Below are positions 21,122-29,045 of a stretch of DNA of 64,000 bases, one piece after another (positions within the stretch are counted from its first letter, which is position 1; each line of letters opens with the position of its first letter). This stretch comes from an uncultured Pseudomonadota bacterium (GTDB lineage Bacteria > Pseudomonadota > Gammaproteobacteria > DASZBR01). Position numbers and translations under genes: made by a program. The notes under the pieces are model-generated. The model saw only the letters and a program-made list of their open reading frames with translations, did not search any database and was not told where the DNA came from. The stretch is from positions 8,966-72,965 of the forward strand of contig CAVQJZ010000001.1 in the NCBI GenBank assembly GCA_963712965.1. Reading direction: 5' to 3'.

Positions 21122-22012
21122 TTACTCCTGACAAACCAAATTACCGTTTTGATTTACTACGTTGGAACATTGCAAAGCATTATTCATTGTCGTAGCAATC
21201 CAATTACCATTTTGTGTTTGGCACGTACAGGACAAACCACCAAAACCATCGGAATGGCAACTATGGCAAGTTTGTTGATAAGAACCATTAGGCAATGGAT
21301 TCACCACGGGAACTGGTGGTGGCACCGGTACAGGTGGCGGCACAAGCAATTGACAAACCAAATGACCATTTTGATTAACAATGCGCGGACATTCTTGAAT
21401 ATTTGTCATTGACGTACCAACCCAATTACCGTTTTGTGTTTGGCACACACATGACAAACCATAACCGTTGGCCTGACAACTATGGCAAGTTTGCTGATAA
21501 GAACCATTCGGCAATGGATTTACCACAGGAACCGGCGGCGGCACTGGCGTTGGAATTGGCGCTTGAATATTCCCTTGATTAGGCACGATATGCGGCGTAT
21601 TACCTTTATAAATAATCAACACGCTTTCGCCCACTTGTAAATTTGGATCTGTTTTTTGTTTCACATTTACTACAGAACCATATTGCGTTTTAACCGTATA
21701 TTCGGTGCCTGTTTTGTGTGTGATGGCATGTTCTGTTAAACCACCAATCACTGCACCTAATACTGCACCAGCGGCAGCGTCTTCAACTCTGGCTGTTTTA
21801 TTACTGGTCAAACGTGAACCACCGTAACCACCCGCCGCTGCACCTGCAAGAACACCAACATCACTGCCGCTAGATAATGTAATTTGTTTAGCGGCGACAA
21901 TCACACCTGGCGTACTGGTATACATGCCATTGGCCGGCATTTGCGTAATGGTACAAGCAGATAAAAATGGGAAAATAAGAATGAACGCAAAGAGTTTTCG
22001 ACAACATTTCAT
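21122..22012 (-). CDS. Lipoprotein with three parts: a SlyB/17-kDa-antigen-like glycine-zipper domain, Pro-rich linkers, and two Cys-rich cyanovirin-N-like (CVNH) half-repeats
   Basis: Lipobox FLSAC. Glycine zipper GVLAGAAAGGYGG...AAGAVLGAVIGG. Two copies of PVPVVNPLPNGSYQQTCHSC..G..LSC.CQTQNGNW..T.M.N...C...VNQNG.LVCQ. Confidence 0.6.
   Translation of the reverse strand: MKCCRKLFAFILIFPFLSACTITQMPANGMYTSTPGVIVAAKQITLSSGSDVGVLAGAAAGGYGGSRLTSNKTARVEDAAAGAVLGAVIGGLTEHAITHKTGTEYTVKTQYGSVVNVKQKTDPNLQVGESVLIIYKGNTPHIVPNQGNIQAPIPTPVPPPVPVVNPLPNGSYQQTCHSCQANGYGLSCVCQTQNGNWVGTSMTNIQECPRIVNQNGHLVCQLLVPPPVPVPPPVPVVNPLPNGSYQQTCHSCHSDGFGGLSCTCQTQNGNWIATTMNNALQCSNVVNQNGNLVCQE
21128..21547 (-). repeat. 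Intragenic tandem duplication (two units of about 200 bp, 21128-21337 and 21350-21547) encoding the Pro-linker plus CVNH-like module
   Basis: The units align at DNA level, e.g. caactatggcaagtttgYtgataagaaccattMggcaatggattYaccac occurs in both. Confidence 0.85.
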
Positions 22013-22064
22013 GGGATACGCCCTCTTTTATAAAGTAAAAACCGCGGCAAGCTTAGCAGATCTT

Positions 22065-24020
22065 TTAGGAGGAACTATATAGCACGCCACTTTTTTTCAA
22101 ACTTGGCGAACTCGGCGGCATTAACGGCATACTCACCGGCACCCCTTCAAGACACGTTGCCATCTCATTGACTAATTTTGCGTCACTAGAATTATTCATT
22201 ACTGCTTTTACAGTGCCATAAAGAGTGGCAATTTTTTTAACTTTCTCAACATCTGCAACCTTTTCCTGCACCCATGCAACAGTCGACTTCAATACCTCCT
22301 CTATTTTTTCCCTAGCGAACTGCTTTAAAAAAACTAACACGTTGGCACAAAACTGTTGGAAAAATTTCCAGCGAAACTCTTCTTTTATTTCCGGATTAAA
22401 AATTAATCCTTCAATTTGATCGAGAATAAATGGCATTACATCATTCGAGTCATGCAGCTGAAAATATAGCTCCTCCAACTCTTCTCGAAAATATTTTTCC
22501 ATGCCTTGTTGGTAACAAACCTCTGTACGTAAGATTCTATCCAGAAGACACGAAGAAACGTTACTGGCTTCTAATGCTTCCAATGAAATTAAAGAACATA
22601 ATTTTCGTAACCATGCATCAAGCGCTTTTACTGCGCAATCAATATCCGAAATACAAACACCAACACGACCACCAACGTTGTTTTTAAAAATCACTACTTC
22701 ACTTTCAGACCAAATCTTCGTTGCTTTCCTTGCAATACTTAAATGATACGACACCCCATATAACAATCTAAAAATCTTAGCCACATTTTCTTCAAGCCCA
22801 ACACGCTCATCTGACGCTAGTTTTAATGAGAGACCACGATTAGGAGAACTTGGAAACATTCCAGACAACGAAGAGAAAGAAAATGACAACTTGGAAGGAC
22901 TGGAAGGTGGCGTTACTGGAGAAGAAGTTAGTCCGGCAGCAACGGCCAATTTATTTCTTCCCTCTGTACCACGAGAAGTGAGCTCTCCACTACTTCGAGG
23001 ACTTTGAAAACCATCCGCCGCTACCGTCTTTGAACTCACTCCTGCTTTACTACTCGCATCAGAAATAATTAGCGCACCTTTGCGCAACGAAACAATTGCC
23101 GCATACACCTCACACACTAATCGAATTAACTCTATCGTTTCTTGCTCCACTGAACTAAATACAACACTTTTATTATTAATAAATTCTTCTATTACTTTAT
23201 GCGCGATGGTAGCCCGCAATGTACGTCCATTTCCTTCTCCTTTACTTAAGCTATAAGTTAGAAAAATAAACGAAAGCGTATCAATCTTTATATACCCACT
23301 CAGCTCTTCAAATTTACCTTTGCACAATAAATCATAACAACGTTTTTTTTCCTGAGCTGTCAGCTCTCGTTTTAAACTGGCTCTATCAATTAACTTAACA
23401 AACTCAACAAAATCATCGCGCACCAGATGATCGAGATATTTTTTAATCGTATCTGATCGCAAACAAAAATCTGGGGTTCTAAATATTTCTCTTATATAAT
23501 CAACAAGCTCAGATTCGATTTTTATTTTAGCTTGATCATCAGCAATTTTATAGCGCTCACCTAACTCGCGCAAACGACGCTTTTCTTCATAATCTAAATC
23601 ATTTTCCATGCTATACGATCTAGATAACAATTCAGCAAACCAGCGATCTGGCACAAAAACAGGCTCACCATTTTTCCAACCTGACAGTAAAGAAGGGAAA
23701 ACTGATCGTGGAATATTGATAATATTCGCATCCTCGAAATCCCTCATTTCTCTTGTTTTATCACCATCTTCATGCCCACCAGATTCACTAAGCTCTAATT
23801 TTTGATATTTTATTTTCAACTTTTCTTTTAACTTACTATTGGCTTCTTCTTCCTCCTTCCGCATATATCTGCAGTAAATCGCAAACAAACCATAAGGCCC
23901 TATTTCCAAATGGCCCAACAAACCCATCAAAGAATTAAGCGGCACATTAATGCTGCCACCCATGTCTTTTAATAACCCAAAAATTTTTTCTAGCTGTTCA
24001 TCACTGATGTGCGAAGGCAT
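22065..24020 (-). CDS. Orphan protein of about 651 aa: two helical domains joined by a Ser/Pro-rich disordered linker. Candidate Dot/Icm substrate.
   Basis: Long ORF; ATG 24020 has GGAG 9 nt upstream (the track start at 24035 is TTG). The S/P linker spans about residues 325-405. PPSSPS occurs twice (internal and near the C-terminus). Confidence 0.65.
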   Translation of the reverse strand: MPSHISDEQLEKIFGLLKDMGGSINVPLNSLMGLLGHLEIGPYGLFAIYCRYMRKEEEEANSKLKEKLKIKYQKLELSESGGHEDGDKTREMRDFEDANIINIPRSVFPSLLSGWKNGEPVFVPDRWFAELLSRSYSMENDLDYEEKRRLRELGERYKIADDQAKIKIESELVDYIREIFRTPDFCLRSDTIKKYLDHLVRDDFVEFVKLIDRASLKRELTAQEKKRCYDLLCKGKFEELSGYIKIDTLSFIFLTYSLSKGEGNGRTLRATIAHKVIEEFINNKSVVFSSVEQETIELIRLVCEVYAAIVSLRKGALIISDASSKAGVSSKTVAADGFQSPRSSGELTSRGTEGRNKLAVAAGLTSSPVTPPSSPSKLSFSFSSLSGMFPSSPNRGLSLKLASDERVGLEENVAKIFRLLYGVSYHLSIARKATKIWSESEVVIFKNNVGGRVGVCISDIDCAVKALDAWLRKLCSLISLEALEASNVSSCLLDRILRTEVCYQQGMEKYFREELEELYFQLHDSNDVMPFILDQIEGLIFNPEIKEEFRWKFFQQFCANVLVFLKQFAREKIEEVLKSTVAWVQEKVADVEKVKKIATLYGTVKAVMNNSSDAKLVNEMATCLEGVPVSMPLMPPSSPSLKKSGVLYSSS

Positions 24021-24089
24021 CTCAAGTTGCTCCAAGCGATTTAGACCGCCGGATTGTATCTTACCCTTGAATGGAACAAAATCTCACTT

Positions 24090-24122
24090 CTTAATAAAAC
24101 CTTAAGAAAACTACTTTACACT
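24090..24122 (+). promoter_or_regulatory. PmrA-type promoter: CTTAATAAA-AC-CTTAAGAAA-N7-TACACT
   Basis: Lies in the divergent intergenic region, about 35 nt upstream of ATG 24157, which has an AGAGGA RBS. Confidence 0.55.
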
Positions 24123-24156
24123 CGCGCTCCAATGCCAATTTACAGAGGATTCTTGG

Positions 24157-25194
24157 ATGAAAACTGCAGCACAAGAAATAGAACGCATCAACGCACTGAC
24201 TAACCCTCAGGAAATCATGCGTGCGCTTGCTGAACTACAACAAATTTTTAAAACACTCAGCGGTCAAGAAAAAATCGATTTTCTACAAACAACATGTAAA
24301 TCCAAGTGGTCCAATAGACCCACAACATTATGCTCACATTTTATAGCTATTCAGTCAGAGTCTATCATCGAGCAATATTTCAAATTAGTTACTAACGCAC
24401 TAGACGCTGAGGATATTAGCGCTGAAACAAAGCTTTCACTTTTAGAACAACAAGTTTCTGATTGCATGGAAACACGAGCTAGCCCCACTCACCTTAATAT
24501 GCGTTTTTCTGCTATTAAATATGGCTTAATTCCCACGCTCACTATATTACTTGAAGCTAAAAACATCCCCCGAGAAGAAAAGCTTAAATTCCTGCAAAAG
24601 CAAATTACTCACTACGGAGAAATTTTATTTACTACCCGCGAAGAATTAACCTTAGTATCCTTAAAAATCGCTCTGCCTTATTTAAAAACACCCGCCGACC
24701 TGAAAATAATTTTTCCCATAGCGCCACTACCAACACTTAAAGAAACAATCAAAGGCGTGACTCAGTTAAACCCTTTTATGGAGGCACGGTTAATTGAACT
24801 TGGGCTACTAGATTTAACAGAAGAAACACCTGCTAAACTTTACGCAGAAACACTTGAATCAAACCCCAACTCCGCTGCAAATTACTATTTGGCTTGTTTG
24901 ATACTTGCAGGAAAAGCCAAAGGCGAAGATTTACTTGATAGCAGCGATGTTGTTAATACACTAACACCCATTGAACATACAGGGCCTTTTAAAATAAAAT
25001 TAACGCCTGAAAAATATGCATTGTTTTTACTCAATCGCGTATCTACAAACAGTGCTGTTTATGAAGAAGCCACAAAAAAAATTGGGTTCCTATCAACATC
25101 TTGGACTGCCACACTATTCGACACAGCATCTACTGTTGCTCCCTCAAGTATTGTTTCATTTGCGCGACGATATATCACGCCATCAAACTCTTAA
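24157..25194 (+). CDS. Orphan all-helical protein, 345 aa. Candidate Dot/Icm substrate.
   Basis: Long ORF with an RBS and a PmrA-type box. Its Ser/Thr-rich C-terminus overlaps the lpxB 3' end by 20 nt (convergent). Confidence 0.65.
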   Translation: MKTAAQEIERINALTNPQEIMRALAELQQIFKTLSGQEKIDFLQTTCKSKWSNRPTTLCSHFIAIQSESIIEQYFKLVTNALDAEDISAETKLSLLEQQVSDCMETRASPTHLNMRFSAIKYGLIPTLTILLEAKNIPREEKLKFLQKQITHYGEILFTTREELTLVSLKIALPYLKTPADLKIIFPIAPLPTLKETIKGVTQLNPFMEARLIELGLLDLTEETPAKLYAETLESNPNSAANYYLACLILAGKAKGEDLLDSSDVVNTLTPIEHTGPFKIKLTPEKYALFLLNRVSTNSAVYEEATKKIGFLSTSWTATLFDTASTVAPSSIVSFARRYITPSNS

Positions 25195-26299
25195 TACTCT
25201 CCACCGCTTTTTCGCTGGCGTTGCAGCGTAATTGCAAATGAAGTTCGGTAAAACGTTCGATGAGTTTAGTTGGCGGTTCAGTAAAATAACGCAGCAAACT
25301 GTTGGCAATATTTTCAGCAGTAGCATCGCGCTGAATAAATTCAGGTACGATATTTTCACCCGCTAAAATATTAGGCAATGAAAATTGTTTTATTTTCACT
25401 AAGTGCTTGGCGATAAAATAAGATAACGCGGAGCCTGCATACACAACAACCATCGGGCGTTTTACTAACATTGCTTCTAATGCCGCGGTTCCACTCGCCA
25501 ATCCAACGACATCACAAGCAGTTAATACTTGTTGCGATTGGCAATCAAAAATCGTTAATGGCAAATCAGGCGCCAGTGTTTTCCATTGTTCGGCAAACTG
25601 TTCATGCCTTTTTTTATTTACCGCTGGGCTAATAAAAATTAAATGTGGATCGCGCGCGAAACACAATTTAGCCGCGGCTAATAATTTCGGACCAATATGT
25701 TTTATTTCACCGGCACGACTGCCCGGCAATAAGGCAATAATTTTTTTATCTTGCGGCAAATGCAATAACTCACGCGCGGCGTTTTTATCAGATACTAAAG
25801 GAATTCGATCCGCTAACGGATGGCCAATATATACCGCTGGCACTTGGTATTTGTCATAAATTGCTTTTTCGAAAGGAAACAGCGTCAGCATTAAATCAAC
25901 GGCTTGAGCGATTTTATGAATGCGCTTTTCACGCCACGCCCAAATAGTTGGGCTATTGTAATGCACAGTTTTAATGCCGGCTTTTTTTAATGCTATTTCA
26001 ATGGGCAAATTAAAATCGGGGGCATCAATGCCAATGTACACATCGGGTGGATTTTGCAAAAAATGATTTTTAACTTTATTTCGCAACGACAATAATTCAA
26101 ATAATTTAACGATGACTTCACTAAACCCCATCACCGATAATTTTTCCATGGGAAATAATGTGGTAGCTCCCGCGCTTAACATTTGCGGGCCTGCTACGCC
26201 TATGATTTCTGCTTGAGGATAAAGATTTTTTAATGAATGAATTAATGAAGCACCGAGCAAATCGCCCGAAGCTTCACCTGCTACGATAGCAATACGCAT
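25175..26299 (-). CDS. lpxB: Lipid-A-disaccharide synthase
   Basis: MRIAIVAGEASGDLLGA... canonical LpxB N-terminus, positioned after lpxA. Confidence 0.95.
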   Translation of the reverse strand: MRIAIVAGEASGDLLGASLIHSLKNLYPQAEIIGVAGPQMLSAGATTLFPMEKLSVMGFSEVIVKLFELLSLRNKVKNHFLQNPPDVYIGIDAPDFNLPIEIALKKAGIKTVHYNSPTIWAWREKRIHKIAQAVDLMLTLFPFEKAIYDKYQVPAVYIGHPLADRIPLVSDKNAARELLHLPQDKKIIALLPGSRAGEIKHIGPKLLAAAKLCFARDPHLIFISPAVNKKRHEQFAEQWKTLAPDLPLTIFDCQSQQVLTACDVVGLASGTAALEAMLVKRPMVVVYAGSALSYFIAKHLVKIKQFSLPNILAGENIVPEFIQRDATAENIANSLLRYFTEPPTKLIERFTELHLQLRCNASEKAVESIKSLMA

Positions 26300-26304
26300 G
26301 ATAA

Positions 26305-27537
26305 TTAACGAATAATTCCGCGGGTAGATTTTGTTAACGCATCAATTAACAATTGCACATGCGAACATTCAGCCACCATCGGTTTTAATTGTTCAATCGC
26401 TTGCGGCACCGTTAATCCTTGACGGAAAATAACTTTGTAGGCATTTTTCAAATGATTCATGTCATCACTGGTAAACCCATGACGTTTTAAACCTTCGGTA
26501 TTTAATCCACAGGCAGCGGCATCATGACCTGAACCTGAGGCAATAATAAATGGCAATACATCTTTGCCAACAGGTGTAGCAGCTGCAACAAAACTGTATT
26601 TACCAATCGTGCAGAACTGATGCACCATACTAAAACCACTTAAAATTGCATAATCTTCAACGATGACATGCCCAGCAAGCGATGCATTATTAGAAAAAAT
26701 AGTGTGGTTACCAATTTGGCAATCGTGCGCGATATGCGTGTAGGCCATAAATAAATTATTGTCACCAATCGTGGTCGCTTCATTTTCAATCGAGGCGCGG
26801 TGAATCGTACAAAACTCACGAAAAATATTGTTATCACCAATCTGTAAATATGTTTTTTCACCTTTATATTTTTTATCTTGGGTGTCTTCACCGACGGAAG
26901 CGAATTGATAAATCTTATTGAATTTGCCAATTTTAGCCGGCCCTTTAATCACCGCATGTGGTGCAACCCATGTACCTTCACCAATTTCAACATCTGGCCC
27001 AATCACAGCCCACGCACCAATCGTGACATCTTTGCCAATTTTGGCAGATGCATCAACGCTCGCACGCTCATCAATTTGTTGGCTCGCAATTTCTCTGCCG
27101 GCTAACATAATTTCAGCGCTACAAACTACTTTATCATCCACGCGCGCTTCACCGATTAATTTCCACACATCACGTTTGCCACGCTCTATTTCGACATGCA
27201 AAATCATTTGATCGCCGGGGCTGACCATTTGTTTAAAGCGCGCATTATCAATGCCGGCAAAAAAATACAAATGTTTGCTTGGATCCATATCATGCTGGGT
27301 ACGAAATACTAAAATGCCAGCGGCTTGTGCCATGGCTTCTAAAATAATCACGCCCGGCATTAAAGGACGTTCAGGAAAATGTCCGGCAAAATACGGTTCA
27401 TTCATCGACACATTTTTTAACGCCGTAATACTTTTTCCTACTTCAATATCGAGCACACGATCAATTAATAAAAACGGAAAACGATGCGGTAAATATTCTA
27501 AAATTTGGTGAATATCCATAGTTTCTTTATTCATCAT
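26305..27537 (-). CDS. In-frame fusion of 3-hydroxyacyl-ACP dehydratase FabZ and UDP-GlcNAc O-acyltransferase LpxA
   Basis: FabZ part: [13 protein letters not shown]...[20 protein letters not shown]. LpxA part: [14 protein letters not shown]...[16 protein letters not shown]...HIAHDC...STRGIIR. The junction [10 protein letters not shown] has no stop codon. The start is taken at ATG 27537/27534, overlapping the lpxD stop. Confidence 0.85.
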   Translation of the reverse strand: MMNKETMDIHQILEYLPHRFPFLLIDRVLDIEVGKSITALKNVSMNEPYFAGHFPERPLMPGVIILEAMAQAAGILVFRTQHDMDPSKHLYFFAGIDNARFKQMVSPGDQMILHVEIERGKRDVWKLIGEARVDDKVVCSAEIMLAGREIASQQIDERASVDASAKIGKDVTIGAWAVIGPDVEIGEGTWVAPHAVIKGPAKIGKFNKIYQFASVGEDTQDKKYKGEKTYLQIGDNNIFREFCTIHRASIENEATTIGDNNLFMAYTHIAHDCQIGNHTIFSNNASLAGHVIVEDYAILSGFSMVHQFCTIGKYSFVAAATPVGKDVLPFIIASGSGHDAAACGLNTEGLKRHGFTSDDMNHLKNAYKVIFRQGLTVPQAIEQLKPMVAECSHVQLLIDALTKSTRGIIR

Positions 27538-28498
27538 TTGCTCCCAATTGTTTTTCCAACGCCGCGATGCGATCAAATAATTTATCCAGATGTCGCAAGC
27601 GCACGGTCATTTTCTGCCAATCTTTATTTTTCTGAATGATCGTTGCAGACGAATAAATACCTGGCTCATTGATTGTTTTGCTCACACCACTCATCGCGGT
27701 AATCACGGTTTGATCTGGAATGGTTAAATGCCCAGAAATACCAACACTTCCTGCAATTAAACAATGTTTGCCAATCGTGACACTGCCAGCAATAGCCGTG
27801 CATGCTGCAATGGCTGTGTGCGCACCAATACGTACATTGTGTGCAATTTGAATTTGATTATCCAAACGCACACCGTCTTCAATCACTGTGTCATCAATCG
27901 CGCCACGATCTATTGTTGTATTCGCGCCAACTTCAACATCATTACCAATCACCGCGCGGCCTAATTGCGGAACTTTTACCCAACGCGCGCCATCACGTGC
28001 ATTACCAAAACCATCACTACCAATCACTGCACCACTATGTATCATGACACGCTCACCTATTTGCGTACCATCATAGATAGTGACATGTGGCCATAAACAA
28101 CTGTCGGCACCAATTGTTGAATGATCGCCAATCACACAATACGCACCAATGCGAGCACTTTTATGAATATGACAATGCTTTCCAATCACTGCTGTTGGAT
28201 GAATACCAACGTCTGGCAATGATCGGGTATCAAATAAACCTGCGACTTTTGCAAAAATAAGATAAGGGTTGGCTGTCACCAACACAGGCACCGAAGAAAG
28301 TGCCGCATTTTCTTTGTTTAAAATAACAGCGGATGCTTTCGTATGTGCTAAATCTTTTTTATAACGTGGATTTTCAAGAAAACTAATGTGACCAGATGTT
28401 GCTGTCGCTAAAGGCGACACACCAATAATAGAAACATCATTTGGGCCTTGATAATCAAGGCCCAATGTTGATGCAATATCAGATAATAAAAGTGACAC
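27527..28498 (-). CDS. lpxD: UDP-3-O-acylglucosamine N-acyltransferase
   Basis: Left-handed beta-helix hexapeptide repeats with a C-terminal coiled helix, located between skp and fabZ. Confidence 0.93.
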   Translation of the reverse strand: MSLLLSDIASTLGLDYQGPNDVSIIGVSPLATATSGHISFLENPRYKKDLAHTKASAVILNKENAALSSVPVLVTANPYLIFAKVAGLFDTRSLPDVGIHPTAVIGKHCHIHKSARIGAYCVIGDHSTIGADSCLWPHVTIYDGTQIGERVMIHSGAVIGSDGFGNARDGARWVKVPQLGRAVIGNDVEVGANTTIDRGAIDDTVIEDGVRLDNQIQIAHNVRIGAHTAIAACTAIAGSVTIGKHCLIAGSVGISGHLTIPDQTVITAMSGVSKTINEPGIYSSATIIQKNKDWQKMTVRLRHLDKLFDRIAALEKQLGANDE

Positions 28499-28507
28499 TG
28501 ATGTTAA

Positions 28508-29017
28508 TTAGCCCAAAGCCTTAAGCACAGCAGGCGTAACATCCATATCAGGCTGCATGTAAGGAACAGCGGCGCGTTGTACGATCAATGTATAACCACC
28601 GTCTTTCGCTACTGTGGCAACTGCATTATTCAAACTGCCCATAAATTTTTGCATGTCAGCTGATTGCGCTGCATTCAAATCTTTTTGATACGATTGAACC
28701 ATCGCTTGAAAATCATCTTTATCTTTGGTGGCTTTTTCTTGTAATTTTGTACGATCAGCTGCACTCATCACAGAAGCATTACGATTGAGGTTATTCACTT
28801 CATCTTGTAATTGCTTTTGGGCCGCTTCAATTTTTTGCTGGCGGGGTTGGAATTGCGCTTGCAATTGCTTATTGATGGCTAACACTTGTGAAGATTTTTG
28901 CATAATTTGTTGCATATCTAATACGCCGATTTTAGCAACGGGCGCTGCTTGTGCAAAAACACTACCGGCAAACAAAATAGCTACCGCAGGTAACACAACT
29001 TTGAACAACTTCTTCAT
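28508..29017 (-). CDS. skp: Periplasmic chaperone Skp (OmpH)
   Basis: MKKLFKVVLPAVAILFAGSVFAQA signal peptide and a Gln/Lys-rich helical body. AAGGAG RBS before ATG 29017, downstream of bamA. Confidence 0.9.
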   Translation of the reverse strand: MKKLFKVVLPAVAILFAGSVFAQAAPVAKIGVLDMQQIMQKSSQVLAINKQLQAQFQPRQQKIEAAQKQLQDEVNNLNRNASVMSAADRTKLQEKATKDKDDFQAMVQSYQKDLNAAQSADMQKFMGSLNNAVATVAKDGGYTLIVQRAAVPYMQPDMDVTPAVLKALG

Positions 29018-29045
29018 AACGATCTTCTCCTTGAGGTTAATAAAA

